A stretch of DNA of 64,000 bases, from positions 1,664,001-1,728,000 of the forward strand of contig CAVUDW010000002.1 in NCBI GenBank assembly GCA_963740355.1, in the 5' to 3' direction. The DNA comes from an uncultured Gemmatimonadaceae bacterium (GTDB lineage Bacteria; Gemmatimonadota; Gemmatimonadetes; Gemmatimonadales; Gemmatimonadaceae). Of the stretch, positions 38,840 through 49,062 are shown in pieces (the first letter of the stretch is position 1; each line of letters starts with the position of its first letter). The notes beneath the pieces were generated by a model. It was not told the DNA's origin. It made no database searches and was given only the letters and a program-made list of their open reading frames with translations. A program made the translations under genes and the position numbers.

Positions 38840-41800
38840 TCAGTACGACGTACCCAGCGACCACTGCCAGAAGCCCTTCCGCTCCGGACGATCGAGCGGG
38901 ATCGCGTAGTCCCAGCGCAGCAGCGCGAAGTTGAAGAGGTTCACGCGAATGGAATAGCCGTAGCTCCGCAGCACGTAGCGCTGATTGGCGTTGTCGTAGT
39001 TGGCCGGCTTCGACAGCGAGGCCTTCTGGCCGGCGCTGTACGCAATGCCCGCATCGTAGAACACCGCACCATCGACCGGCGGCAGCTGCACCGGCAGCAC
39101 GCCGAGCTCGAAGCGACGCACCAGCGGGAAGCGAACTTCGGCCGAGGCGACCGCAGCGCGCGAGCCAAGCAGCTCGGCGTTGCTGCAACCGCCCGACGCG
39201 CCGATGGTCGGCTGGCAGCCGTAGTCGAGGGCATTCACACGATCGTAGCCACGCAACCACATCAAGCCGTTCGGGTTGCCGATGTAATTCGGGAAGAACG
39301 TCTCGTCCTTGCCCGCGCGAATCATGCTCGTGAAGCGCGTGGCGATCGTGATGTAGTTGAACAGCAACGGGTCATAGCGGCGATAGTCAACCGTGAACTC
39401 GTGCCACTGCTTGCTGCCGAACGTCGGCTCGTAGGCGAAGCGCATACGACGGCCCATGATCGGCGCCGTGTAGCCGTTGAGGGTGTTGTCGGAGACGAAC
39501 GCCGCCTTCGGTTGCAGGAACGTCAAGGCGCCGAAGTTCTGGTCCTCGATGATCTGGAACTGCGTGCTCTCGCCGAAGCTGTTGAACTGACGCGCCACCA
39601 GCAGCTGCGAGCGCCCGATGTTCTGCAACCCGAGCCCAAGCTCGAAACGCTTGAAGCGATTGCGCGGCAGCAACGAGGTGAACCCGACATCGCGCAGCAC
39701 ATACCGCGCGAGGCTCTGCGTTTCCTGGTAGACACCGGCCGAGACCTGTGTGATCTCCTGGCCATTGAAGAAGAAGTACGGGTACTGCGAGACTGCGGTG
39801 TTGTACTGCAGCTTGCCACCGAGATTCGTGTAGCCAGCGTAGATGATGGCATCCTGCAGGCGGCCGTTCACCTGTGCCGTGAAGGCGAGGCGATTGTTGC
39901 CAAGCAGGTCGCTGAGCACGACGGTGGTGCCACCGAACAGGCCGCGCCCGAAGTTGTCCTGTGCGTAGCCGATGCTTGGGCGAGCGACATAGTCGGCTTC
40001 GTAGCTCACCTTGTACGGGCCGTCGCGGAACCGCGTCGGATCAGGCAAGGCGAGATCGGCGCTGTCGAGCATCTCGTTCACCGTTACTGCATTCGAATCA
40101 CGCTCACCGCGGTTCGGCAGCGAGTCGGCTGCGCGCGTGCCTTCATTGCCACGATAGACCGAGCGCGTGCCATACATCGGAGTCTGAACCACCGGCGTAG
40201 TGACGGCCGGATCGGATGCACTGCGCGGCGTCGACGGCACCACCGGGACTGGCGATGTCGGTGGCTTGGCGGTCGGTTGCCCGGGCCGCTGCACCGGCAA
40301 TCCTGGTGTCGGATTCTGCACCGCGGGAATACTCGGCGTCGTCGTCACCGGCGGCTGCGTCACGATGGTCGGCGTCGGCGCACTCGGCACCGCGGTCACG
40401 CTGATCCCGTTCGCCGACGCGATCAGTGCCGGCTGCGCGGCGGCTGGTGCGCGATACGGTTCCTTCTTCAGCGCACGCGGATTCTCCACCGTCCACACGG
40501 TGTACTCACCCTTCTTCTCGAAGTGCACGAAGGCCAGGCGATCGGCCGTGCGCGCCCAGGAGAGGGCAGGGGAGAACTCGGTGATGCCCGAGACGCCACC
40601 AGCCACGTTCGTCAGCTGATAGTGCTCACGATTGCCGAAATCGTAGAGGAAGACGTTCGGCACCCCGTTGCGATCGGTGATGTAGGCCAGGCTCTTGCCA
40701 TCGGGCGCCCATTGCGGATTGATGCTCAGGCCTGGCTGGTTCGGCAGCACAGTGACATTGCCGGTGGCCATGTCATAGAGGCTGATCTTCCACCGGCTGA
40801 ATCGCAGCAACTCGAAGTCGGTCTCGGCGCCGCGGTCGCTGGCGAAGGCGATCGTCTTGCCGTCCGGCGACACACTCGGCATGAAGTCGCCATAGCGGTC
40901 GTTGGTCAGCATGCGGAAGCCAGTGCCGTCTACTGCCACGATCGCGAGATCGGTGATGCCACCCTTGTTCGAACTGAAGACGATGTGCGAACCATCCGGC
41001 GTGAACACCGGGCTCAACACGCCATCGACCGGCAGGTCGATGCGACGGGTATTGCCACCCTTCGTGCGCGTCAGGTACAGCACGTCCTTGCCGTTGCGCT
41101 GGCCGACGTATGCCACCTGCTGGCCGTCGGGCGAGAAGGAACTCTGGCTGTAGAGCAGGCGGAGTTCTTCGGCGTTCGGATTGGTGGTGCTCTTCACGAG
41201 GCGGCGAATGCGCTTGCCCGTGCGGGCATCCGCCAGCCAGAGATCGATGAAGACTTCGCCGCGCAGGAAGTTGCCGTCCGACAGGAACACCATGTTCTTG
41301 CCGTCATCCGACAACGTCGGCGCGAGGAAGATGTTGCCGCCGCTTTTCTTGGGGCTGAGGATGTTGTCGGCGAAGCGGCGCGGGCGGTCGAGGTTCACCA
41401 CCTGCGGCAGGAACTGCTTCTGCAGCGCATCCTTCCAGTCGTCGCTCAGTTCTTCCAGCGACAGGCCGAGCTCGCGCTTGAAGGAGCGTTCGACACCAAC
41501 GTTCGGCAGCGCCTCGAGAATCTGGCCGATCACCTGGTCGCCCCACCGCTCGCCGATGTAACGCATCAGCGACTCGCCGAAGCGATATGGGAAGAAGCGA
41601 TCCGGATAGAGCGTCATCTGCTCGATCGACGGGATGTCTCCGTTCAGCGCCGCATCGCGCAGCCACATGTCGGTGAAGCGATGGTCGGTGCCCAGCGACA
41701 GGTATTCGGCCATGCCTTCCATCAGCCAGAGCGGCGGATTGACCGCCTGCAGCGACTGCAGGTTGGCGCCGGCGCGACCGCGCGAGAAGACGTCGTACTG

Positions 41801-42289
41801 GAACTGGTGCGCCATTTCGTGCGTGAGCACATGCTCGAACGTGCGGAAGTCGCCCGTGAGCGGGAGCACGTTGCGCTGGCGTTGTGCGTCGGTGACGCCG
41901 CCGGTGCCTTCGCCGAGGTCGCCGAAGATGTTGTTCTGGGCGAAGTCGGTGCGGCTGGCGAAGATCACGATCGGCTTGCGCTCGCGGAATTCGTGGCCCA
42001 GCACGCGCGAGAGCCGCGCATACGACCGTTCGGCCATACGCGCCGCGTCTTCGACGGCCGCTTTTTCTTCCTTGTAGTAATGCACGCGGAAGTGCTCGGT
42101 CTCGAGCACCCGCCAATCGAACCGATTGTACTGCACCTGGTTCTTGCCGAAGTACCCCTGGGCTCCCGCTGTCGTGGCGACCGCCATCGACGAGGTGAGA
42201 GCCATCACCAGTGTGGGCAGAGCCATCACCAGGTTTCGCCGCATCCGCATTCCCAGTCCTCCCGGACCCGTTGCCGCCAGTTGCGTCAT
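38840..42289 (-). CDS. Omp85 (BamA/TamA) family protein with zincin peptidase and PD40 propeller
   Basis: HEMAH...WLMEGMAE; SPDG repeats; Pro-rich linker; LRGY, AEVRFP, FYDAG, terminal SLGTSY; start uncertain. Confidence 0.85.
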   Translation of the reverse strand: MTQLAATGPGGLGMRMRRNLVMALPTLVMALTSSMAVATTAGAQGYFGKNQVQYNRFDWRVLETEHFRVHYYKEEKAAVEDAARMAERSYARLSRVLGHEFRERKPIVIFASRTDFAQNNIFGDLGEGTGGVTDAQRQRNVLPLTGDFRTFEHVLTHEMAHQFQYDVFSRGRAGANLQSLQAVNPPLWLMEGMAEYLSLGTDHRFTDMWLRDAALNGDIPSIEQMTLYPDRFFPYRFGESLMRYIGERWGDQVIGQILEALPNVGVERSFKRELGLSLEELSDDWKDALQKQFLPQVVNLDRPRRFADNILSPKKSGGNIFLAPTLSDDGKNMVFLSDGNFLRGEVFIDLWLADARTGKRIRRLVKSTTNPNAEELRLLYSQSSFSPDGQQVAYVGQRNGKDVLYLTRTKGGNTRRIDLPVDGVLSPVFTPDGSHIVFSSNKGGITDLAIVAVDGTGFRMLTNDRYGDFMPSVSPDGKTIAFASDRGAETDFELLRFSRWKISLYDMATGNVTVLPNQPGLSINPQWAPDGKSLAYITDRNGVPNVFLYDFGNREHYQLTNVAGGVSGITEFSPALSWARTADRLAFVHFEKKGEYTVWTVENPRALKKEPYRAPAAAQPALIASANGISVTAVPSAPTPTIVTQPPVTTTPSIPAVQNPTPGLPVQRPGQPTAKPPTSPVPVVPSTPRSASDPAVTTPVVQTPMYGTRSVYRGNEGTRAADSLPNRGERDSNAVTVNEMLDSADLALPDPTRFRDGPYKVSYEADYVARPSIGYAQDNFGRGLFGGTTVVLSDLLGNNRLAFTAQVNGRLQDAIIYAGYTNLGGKLQYNTAVSQYPYFFFNGQEITQVSAGVYQETQSLARYVLRDVGFTSLLPRNRFKRFELGLGLQNIGRSQLLVARQFNSFGESTQFQIIEDQNFGALTFLQPKAAFVSDNTLNGYTAPIMGRRMRFAYEPTFGSKQWHEFTVDYRRYDPLLFNYITIATRFTSMIRAGKDETFFPNYIGNPNGLMWLRGYDRVNALDYGCQPTIGASGGCSNAELLGSRAAVASAEVRFPLVRRFELGVLPVQLPPVDGAVFYDAGIAYSAGQKASLSKPANYDNANQRYVLRSYGYSIRVNLFNFALLRWDYAIPLDRPERKGFWQWSLGTSY

Positions 42290-42307
42290 CCGCGCGTCAA
42301 TCCAACG

Positions 42308-42685
42308 TCACTCGAACGCGATCTGCTCCGCATCACTCCACAACCGCTCGAGCTGGTAGAAGTTCCGCAGCGTCGGGTGAAAGACGTGGATCACGACATC
42401 GGTGTAGTCGAGCAGCGCCCAACGGCCCTGTTCGACACCTTCCGCGTGGGTGACCCGCTCCCCTTCGTCCCGCAGCGTGCGCATCACGTGATCCGCCATG
42501 CTTCGTACGTGTGTATCCGACGTGCCGGATGCAATCACGAAGTAATCCGTCATGTCGGTCAAGCCGGCGAGCGACAACACCTGTATGTCCGTGCCCTTGA
42601 ATTCGCTCATCAGGTGCGCCGCACGCTTGGCGAGGGCTTCCGAGGCGGCTTTCGTGGCACGGGTCGTACTCTTCAATGCGGTCAT
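42308..42685 (-). CDS. rsfS: Ribosome silencing factor
   Basis: DYFVIASGTS..HV...EG...WALLDY.DVVIHVF....R.FYQLERLW. Confidence 0.95.
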   Translation of the reverse strand: MTALKSTTRATKAASEALAKRAAHLMSEFKGTDIQVLSLAGLTDMTDYFVIASGTSDTHVRSMADHVMRTLRDEGERVTHAEGVEQGRWALLDYTDVVIHVFHPTLRNFYQLERLWSDAEQIAFE

Positions 42686-42894
42686 CGATATATGGAACGG
42701 CGGGCGAACCCACCACATGGCACAGAGGCCCGTCAGTGCAGGAACGACGGGAGCGACCAGCCGTAGGTTAATCCGTCGCGCCCAGAACCACACACTGTGC
42801 CATTCGTTTCCCGACGGGATCCCTGTATGGAAACTCCGCCAACGTGCAGCGGGTCACAGTGGGGCGGCCAGCAGGAACACTGGGCAAGACACGC

Positions 42895-42930
42895 GAAACG
42901 GGGCGTCCCCCCATGGAGGACGCCCCGTTC
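42895..42930 (-). terminator. Hairpin, likely terminator after rplI
   Basis: acggggcgtcc / ggacgccccgt stem followed by T residues on the minus strand. Confidence 0.65.
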
Positions 42931-43014
42931 GTGGTACCCGTTCCCGCGGCACCGATGCCCAGCCTGCCCGATCCCTGCCCATCACATGGTGCTGATGTGG
43001 CCGGGCGGTGATGC

Positions 43015-43458
43015 TCAGCCCTTGATGACCCAGACCTTGATTTCCGGCTTCACGTCTGCGTGGAGCTTGATCGCGACCTTGTAGACACCCAGGGCCTTGA
43101 TCGGCTCGTGCAGGTCGATCTGCCGCTTCTCGACGTGCAGCCCCTGCGCCTTCAGCTGCTCGGCGATGTCGCCCGAGGTCACTGAGCCGAAGAGCTTGCC
43201 TTCTTCGCCCACACGGGCGGCGAAGGTGATCGAGAGGTCGTTGTACTTCTTGGCCTCTTCTTCTGCCGCACCCACGCGCGCCTGTTCGGCGGCGACGAGC
43301 TTGGCCTTCTCCATCGTAATGCGCTTCTTGTTGCCGTCGGTGGCCGGAAGGGCCATGCCGCGCGGCAGCAGGAAGTTACGGGCATATCCTGACGAGACCT
43401 TCACCAGGTCGCCAGCATGTCCGAGGCTATCCACCGCTTGCCGAAGAATCACTTCCAT
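43015..43458 (-). CDS. rplI: 50S ribosomal protein L9
   Basis: LG..GDLVKV..GYARNFLLP; GKLFGSVT; PIKALG. Confidence 0.97.
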   Translation of the reverse strand: MEVILRQAVDSLGHAGDLVKVSSGYARNFLLPRGMALPATDGNKKRITMEKAKLVAAEQARVGAAEEEAKKYNDLSITFAARVGEEGKLFGSVTSGDIAEQLKAQGLHVEKRQIDLHEPIKALGVYKVAIKLHADVKPEIKVWVIKG

Positions 43459-43476
43459 CCTGTCACCCTCCTCGAA

Positions 43477-44499
43477 TCAGGAAACCGCTGGCCGGATCCG
43501 GCGTCGCCAGTCGGCCCAAGTATCACCCAGTCCCACCAAACCGAGCGCGATCGCCGCGCCATCTCGCAGCAGCAGCAACAACGCCACACCAACGATCAGT
43601 CCCAGCAGCGAACGGCCGGGACGTAAGAACCACGCCAGCACTCCAGCACCACGCAGGGCATAGAGCGCCCCGAAAAACACCAGCAGGTTGATGCCGAGCG
43701 GTTCCAGCGCCTCGAGCGCCGGCAACAATGCCAGCACCAGTCCGACGATCACCGACCAGATCCAGTGATCGTTGAAACGGAAGTCGCGCAAGCGCGACAG
43801 CTCATCTCCCAACCGCGTCCGACTGAAGCGATGGAAGAGCGCCCAGGCAATCGCCATCGCCGCCAGCGTCTGCAACGCCAGCATGGATGGCAACACGGCA
43901 CGTGCCATCTGCGGCAGTCCGGCCACGTTCTGTTCGAACCGATCGAGCACGGAGGTCGTGGCACTGTCGACACGGGTGGTGCTCCCTCGCGTCATCTGCG
44001 AGCGAGCCACGCGCCAGTTCGTGAGATCCGCGTTGCCGCGGATCGACAGCACCGAGTCCACCGTGCGTGCGAACGTGTTCGGACCTGATGGCGTCACCAC
44101 CACCAGCAGCGCTGCAACGATCAGCGCCGACAACGTTGCCACGACACCCCTGCCAAGAAACCGCGTCGAACGAGCCGCCAGCAGCGACAGGCCAAGACAG
44201 GCCGCTGCCACCACCGACCATCCCGCCGTCAGCATCTCACTGCTCACACCACTGGTGGCCGCCGTCCAGACCGGCCACACCGCCAGCCCAAGGGTCATGA
44301 TGGCCATCGTCAAACTGCCGCCGCGCCACCACCCCACCAACGCGCAGGCTGCCAGTGATGGCAACAGCAGCGTGAGAGGGTGATGCACGGGCAACAACGT
44401 TTGTGCGACGGGCAGGTCGGCGGCGATCGAGAACGTCACCAACGCCAGCCCAAGCCACCACCAGCCGCGCCGCGGCGCGGGCGTAGTGGCATCCGTCAT
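43477..44499 (-). CDS. DUF2232/YybS-like membrane protein
   Basis: Multi-TM; FRFNDHWIW, LGLGDTWADWRRR; located between rpsR and rplI. Confidence 0.8.
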   Translation of the reverse strand: MTDATTPAPRRGWWWLGLALVTFSIAADLPVAQTLLPVHHPLTLLLPSLAACALVGWWRGGSLTMAIMTLGLAVWPVWTAATSGVSSEMLTAGWSVVAAACLGLSLLAARSTRFLGRGVVATLSALIVAALLVVVTPSGPNTFARTVDSVLSIRGNADLTNWRVARSQMTRGSTTRVDSATTSVLDRFEQNVAGLPQMARAVLPSMLALQTLAAMAIAWALFHRFSRTRLGDELSRLRDFRFNDHWIWSVIVGLVLALLPALEALEPLGINLLVFFGALYALRGAGVLAWFLRPGRSLLGLIVGVALLLLLRDGAAIALGLVGLGDTWADWRRRIRPAVS

Positions 44500-44506
44500 G
44501 AAACGA

Positions 44507-44731
44507 TTAGGCCTTGCTCGAACGCGTGTACGGCAGGAGCGCCAGATAGCGCGCCTTCTTGATCGCGCATGCCAGCTGACGCTGGTGACGGGCGTCCACT
44601 CCGCTCAACCGGCTCGGCAGGATCTTGCCGTTCTCGGTGATGAAACGGCTGAGGAAACGCTCGTCCTTGTAATCCACGAAACGAATGCCTGCCTCGTTGA
44701 CCGGGCTAGGCTTCTTGTTGCGGCGGGCCAT
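44507..44731 (-). CDS. rpsR: 30S ribosomal protein S18
   Basis: DYKD...[15 protein letters not shown]...[17 protein letters not shown]. Confidence 0.97.
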   Translation of the reverse strand: MARRNKKPSPVNEAGIRFVDYKDERFLSRFITENGKILPSRLSGVDARHQRQLACAIKKARYLALLPYTRSSKA

Positions 44732-44734
44732 GGG

Positions 44735-45115
44735 TTAATCCTCGTCGTCGTCGTCATCGCCGGCTTCTTCAGCGCGGCGCTTGGCTTCCAGCTGCTCTTC
44801 GGTGAGCGGCGGGGCTCCCAGCTCGTGCTCATGCAGCGAGATGAGATAACGGAGCACACCGTCGTCGAGCTTGAGCGAGCGCTCGAACTCGGGCAGCTTG
44901 CCCGTCTCGGTGGTGAAGCGGGCCACGACGTAATAGCCGGTGTCCTTCTTCTTGATCTGGTAGGCCAGCTGACGACGGCCCCAGTTGTCGATCGTGGCCT
45001 CTTCGGCCAGCGACAGCAGGCCATGATGCTTGGCCAGCTTTTCGGCGATCACGCCATCTTCGAGCGCGCTGTCGAAGATGTAGACGGCCTCGTACGGACG
45101 CAGAATAGCGCTCAC
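44735..45115 (-). CDS. rpsF: 30S ribosomal protein S6
   Basis: RPYEAVYI, WGRRQLAYQIKK...GYY, VLRYL; GTG 45115 fits SD spacing better than TTG 45124. Confidence 0.95.
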   Translation of the reverse strand: MSAILRPYEAVYIFDSALEDGVIAEKLAKHHGLLSLAEEATIDNWGRRQLAYQIKKKDTGYYVVARFTTETGKLPEFERSLKLDDGVLRYLISLHEHELGAPPLTEEQLEAKRRAEEAGDDDDDED

Positions 45116-45123
45116 GAGTGGCA

Positions 45124-45180
45124 ATCCTCCCTGTGGTCAAAACCGCCCCCCGCGGGTTGCCGACGCAGGAGGAGGGGAAT
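45124..45180 (-). ncRNA. Probable S6:S18 ribosomal-protein leader RNA
   Basis: Minus strand cctcctcctg can pair with cagggagg (SD), which is preceded by an unpaired gaCCA; position directly upstream of rpsF. Confidence 0.6.
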
Positions 45181-45306
45181 GAAGGTCGCCCCACGAAGGG
45201 GCGACCGTTGTCCCGCGCAGACGACGCCTGTCGCGGACTAGCCACTAAGGATAGCCAGTACCGGCCCCGGTGGGAACTGCCGCCGCCTCAACCGGCGAGG
45301 GATGGC

Positions 45307-46311
45307 TCAGTCGATCGACAGCGCCACCTTGCCGATCGTCCCGTTGCCCTCGACCAGCGCATGCGCCTCACCGATCTGCGCCAGCTCGAAGGTGGCGTCG
45401 ATACGCGGCACCAGCCGGCCGGACGCAAGAAACGGCAACACGTGAGCCTCGAACGCCTGCGTCACCGCCACCCGCTCCTCGAGGCTCCGGCTGCGGAGCA
45501 CGGTGCCGCGGAGCGTCAGCCGCTTCGACAGGATCGCGCGCAGGTCAACGGTGGCCTTCGAGCCGGCCAGCGCCCCGATCAACATCAGCCGCCCCTTGAG
45601 CGCCATCGCCGGCAGGCTCTCGGCGGTGTAGTCGCCGCCCACCAGGTCCACCACCACGTCGACGCCGCGCCCACCGGTCCAGCCGAGTACGGCCTTGGCG
45701 ACCCAGCCCGGCTCCCCCGGTTGGCACCCGTCGCGCATACCCAGATCACGGGCCGCATCGAGCTTGGCGGCACCACGCGCCGTGCCGAAGACCGTCGCGC
45801 CGAATTCCGTCGCCAACTGCACCGCCGCCAGCCCGACGCCGCTGCCGACTGCGTGCACCAGTACCGACTCACCCGCCAGGAGGCCGGCCTGCGAGACCAT
45901 GGCGTCGTAGGCCGTGATGTAGACCTCGGGCGAGGCCCCCGCGATTTCCCATGAGATGCCGTCCGGCACCCGCGCCACGGTGGTCGCATGCGTAACGAGG
46001 TACTCCGCATGTGCGCCGCCCCCGATCAAGCCGCATACCCGGTCACCGATCGCCCACTGGGACACATCGTCACCCAGCGCCGCCACCTCGCCGGCGAACT
46101 CCATGCCGGGAATGTCCGCCGGAACACCGGGCGGGGCGGGGTAGCGACCGATGCGTTGCAGCAGGTCGGCGCGGTTGATGGCCGACGCGCGAACGCGCAC
46201 CAGCATCTCGCCGGCGCCAGGCTGCGGCACTGGACGGCTTTCAATCGTCAGGACGTCAGGGCCGCCGGGCTTCGTGATGACCGCGGCGCGCATGCTGGAG
46301 GGAATGGACAT
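45307..46311 (-). CDS. NAD(P)H:quinone oxidoreductase (PIG3/zeta-crystallin family)
   Basis: GGPDVL, INRADLLQR.G.Y, PGMEFAGEV, VLVHAVGSGVG. Confidence 0.93.
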   Translation of the reverse strand: MSIPSSMRAAVITKPGGPDVLTIESRPVPQPGAGEMLVRVRASAINRADLLQRIGRYPAPPGVPADIPGMEFAGEVAALGDDVSQWAIGDRVCGLIGGGAHAEYLVTHATTVARVPDGISWEIAGASPEVYITAYDAMVSQAGLLAGESVLVHAVGSGVGLAAVQLATEFGATVFGTARGAAKLDAARDLGMRDGCQPGEPGWVAKAVLGWTGGRGVDVVVDLVGGDYTAESLPAMALKGRLMLIGALAGSKATVDLRAILSKRLTLRGTVLRSRSLEERVAVTQAFEAHVLPFLASGRLVPRIDATFELAQIGEAHALVEGNGTIGKVALSID

Positions 46312-46394
46312 GTGCGGAGTTTCGCGTGCGAACGGCGCAGACACCACCCCGCACGCATCGCTCAACTCTCAGCGAATGCTGCGACCCGGAGGGA

Positions 46395-47639
46395 TCAGGG
46401 CGTACCCATCAGGATCGCGCGCACGGAATCGAGCGATCCATCGGTGCGCGCCGGCCGCAGATGGAGCAGCTGCGCCAGCAGGGAATACACATGCACGTTC
46501 GCAAACGGCGGCACCGTCACGCCGCGACGAATGTCCGGACCGGCCGCGATGAAGGTGGCGCCCATCGACAGCAGCTGGTTGTCGTATCCGTGCGCCCCAT
46601 ATGTCCGGTCTCGCGGCGTCTTGGCCGCAGCCGCTCGCGTCGCGATCGACCAGCCTTCATCCGCCAGCACGACGATCGGCGTCACGTGCGCACCGGTGTT
46701 GTAGTGCAGTCGCGCCGGCAGGTCGCCCTTGCGGTACACCTTCATGTGCGGATTGGCGTGCACCAGCGCGTTGTACACGTATTCCATGCGGCCCGGCTTC
46801 GGGATGATCGTCGCCACCGGACTCCAGTCGCCCACGTCGAGGCTGTCCATCGACACGTAGTCGTCGAGTGCGATGGTGCGTTCGGCGTTGATCTCCGTCA
46901 TGCCATGATCGGAGACGACGACCACATCCACGCGATCGGCCGCACCGAGTGTCGCAATACCATCGACGATCGCGCCGACGGCACTATCCACCTTCGCGAT
47001 CGCCGAATCGGTCTGCGCGGACATCGGGCCAAAATTGTGGCTATCGGTGTCCACATCGCTGAAGTACACACCGACGAAGCGCGGGGCCGAGTCTTCGGGC
47101 ATGCCCAGCCACTCGAGCACGCGGGTGACGCGAGTGGCGCGTGAGGTGGTGACGTCGAACGGGTAGTACCAGTGCGGTCTCACGCCACCAATCGCCGCCT
47201 CTGAGCCGGGCCAGAAATAGGCCGCGCTTCGCACGCCCTGTTTTTCCGCCGTCGCCCAGATCGGTTCGCCGGTGAACCAGCGCGCATCGCGCACTGCCGG
47301 ATCGTTACCTGTCGCGAACCGGCCAAGGATGGAGTCGCGCATGATGTTGGCCGCGATGCCATGGTTCTCGGGATACAAGCCCGTCACCAGCGTGATGTGA
47401 TTCGGAAAGGTCTTGGACGGGAACGACGGTACCAGCCGTTCCGCTCGCACCCCACGGGCCGCCAGTTCGCGCAGCCGGGTCGCCTGGGGGCGCTGGATGT
47501 AATCCCAGCGGAACCCATCCAGTGAGATGAGCACGACGGAATGCGCACGCGCTGCGCGCTGCGGTCGGGCCATGGCAAAGCCCGACAGCACCACGATCGC
47601 GACGAGGAGCGCACCGATGCCGCGCTGGACGCGCTTCAA
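46395..47639 (-). CDS. Nucleotide pyrophosphatase/phosphodiesterase (alkaline phosphatase superfamily)
   Basis: LISLDGFR, FPSKTFPNH, TGLYPENHGI, SDHGM, HGYDN. Confidence 0.93.
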   Translation of the reverse strand: MKRVQRGIGALLVAIVVLSGFAMARPQRAARAHSVVLISLDGFRWDYIQRPQATRLRELAARGVRAERLVPSFPSKTFPNHITLVTGLYPENHGIAANIMRDSILGRFATGNDPAVRDARWFTGEPIWATAEKQGVRSAAYFWPGSEAAIGGVRPHWYYPFDVTTSRATRVTRVLEWLGMPEDSAPRFVGVYFSDVDTDSHNFGPMSAQTDSAIAKVDSAVGAIVDGIATLGAADRVDVVVVSDHGMTEINAERTIALDDYVSMDSLDVGDWSPVATIIPKPGRMEYVYNALVHANPHMKVYRKGDLPARLHYNTGAHVTPIVVLADEGWSIATRAAAAKTPRDRTYGAHGYDNQLLSMGATFIAAGPDIRRGVTVPPFANVHVYSLLAQLLHLRPARTDGSLDSVRAILMGTP

Positions 47640-47782
47640 CGGTCTCGCTCGTTCGTAACCAGTTGTTTCCTATCCGTCACGTCGCACAGGTCGTCGAAGG
47701 CAGGGAAAGTTCACAGGCCTGCAACTTAAGCACGACCTCGCTGCGGCACGACGTCCGGCCGTGCCTGGCACGGCCGACTGCT

Positions 47783-48958
47783 TCACGCGCTGCGCAGCTG
47801 GCTCCCCGGGGCGACACTGCCAACCGCATCGGCCAGCATCACGCCGCCCATCGCCTGACGTTTGGCCTGATACATCGCCTTGTCGGCGCGGGCCACCCAC
47901 CCTGCGACATCTTCACCGGGCGCCAGTTGCGCCACGCCAATCGAGGCGCCAAGGGCGAATTCCATCGCGGAATGGGGTTTCGGCAGGGTGCGCACCTGCT
48001 CGACGAGGCGCTTCGCCAGGGTCTGCGCCACGAGGATGTCGCAGCCGTTGAGGATCACGGCGAATTCGTCGCCGCCATACCGGCAGATCACGTCGGATTG
48101 ACGCAGGAACACCTTCCACAGTGCATTGGCCAGGCTGACGATCGCCGCGTCGCCGGCTGGATGCCCGTACGAATCGTTGATGATCTTGAGCTTGTTGAGA
48201 TCGATCATCAGCAACGTGACCGGTGCTCGTCCCAGCGAATACAGCTGCACCGCACGATTCGACATGAGGTCGAAATGCTTGCGATTGCCCACGCCGGTGA
48301 GCGGGTCGGTGGCGCTTTCCTTCTTCGCTTCCTCGAGCTGCCGACCAAGGGAATCGAGCGACGTGGCGAGGCTCTTGTACTGACGCTGCTGTTCCTCGCG
48401 ACGCTCCTTCAATGCGCGGTCGATCTCGCTCACCGCATTCAGCACTTCATCCTTGATGCTGCTCATCTGCCCGCCACTGACCGCCTTCCGCACCAGCGAG
48501 AGATGCGTGCCCGTCGTGGCGTCGGTGTTGTCCTCGATGCGCACCGCCTCATGCACGGCCGCGACGCAGCTCCAGAGCGCGGCGCGCAACTCGGACACCA
48601 GTGCCTCCACGGAGGACTGTTCGTCGCGACGCAGCGCAGCGACGGCGCGCACGAGTCCGCGCCAGTCGCGATCCTGGATGCCGACCGATGTCGTTTCGTT
48701 TTCGGCGTCGAGCGGAAGGCCAATCGTCGCGTGACGCTGCCACGCCGTCATCTCCTTGGCCGTTGCGCTGGCCGGCCGGTGCGGCAGGTCGACGGGGAAC
48801 CGCGCCAAGGCGGCGATCACGCCACCAAGTGCGTCGAGAACGAGGGTGCTGTGTCCATCACCGCCGTGCGACGGTTCCGCCGCCGGCTGCGGCACCGAGG
48901 CGGAGGGCGTCTGCTGTGACGCAATGCGCGCGGCGGTTTCCTTTTTTCGAAAGAACAT
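47783..48958 (-). CDS. Cytoplasmic diguanylate cyclase
   Basis: DPLTGVGNR, NDSYGH..GD, RQSD I-site, RYGGDEF. Confidence 0.93.
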   Translation of the reverse strand: MFFRKKETAARIASQQTPSASVPQPAAEPSHGGDGHSTLVLDALGGVIAALARFPVDLPHRPASATAKEMTAWQRHATIGLPLDAENETTSVGIQDRDWRGLVRAVAALRRDEQSSVEALVSELRAALWSCVAAVHEAVRIEDNTDATTGTHLSLVRKAVSGGQMSSIKDEVLNAVSEIDRALKERREEQQRQYKSLATSLDSLGRQLEEAKKESATDPLTGVGNRKHFDLMSNRAVQLYSLGRAPVTLLMIDLNKLKIINDSYGHPAGDAAIVSLANALWKVFLRQSDVICRYGGDEFAVILNGCDILVAQTLAKRLVEQVRTLPKPHSAMEFALGASIGVAQLAPGEDVAGWVARADKAMYQAKRQAMGGVMLADAVGSVAPGSQLRSA

Positions 48959-49062
48959 GTGGCCGACCTTGGATTCGCCCGAGTAACATGAGTTTCCTCA
49001 AAGGATCGGAAGGTGGGGTGAGTTGCTTGAGCTGACATTTCAGCGCGCGCTCACCGACCGGC

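Noticed and set aside
39401..42766. 1121-aa plus-strand ORF, and similar ones such as 147..992, 4554..5753 and 23126..24499
   Set aside because: These are antisense shadows of well-supported genes in GC-rich DNA with no recognisable motifs.
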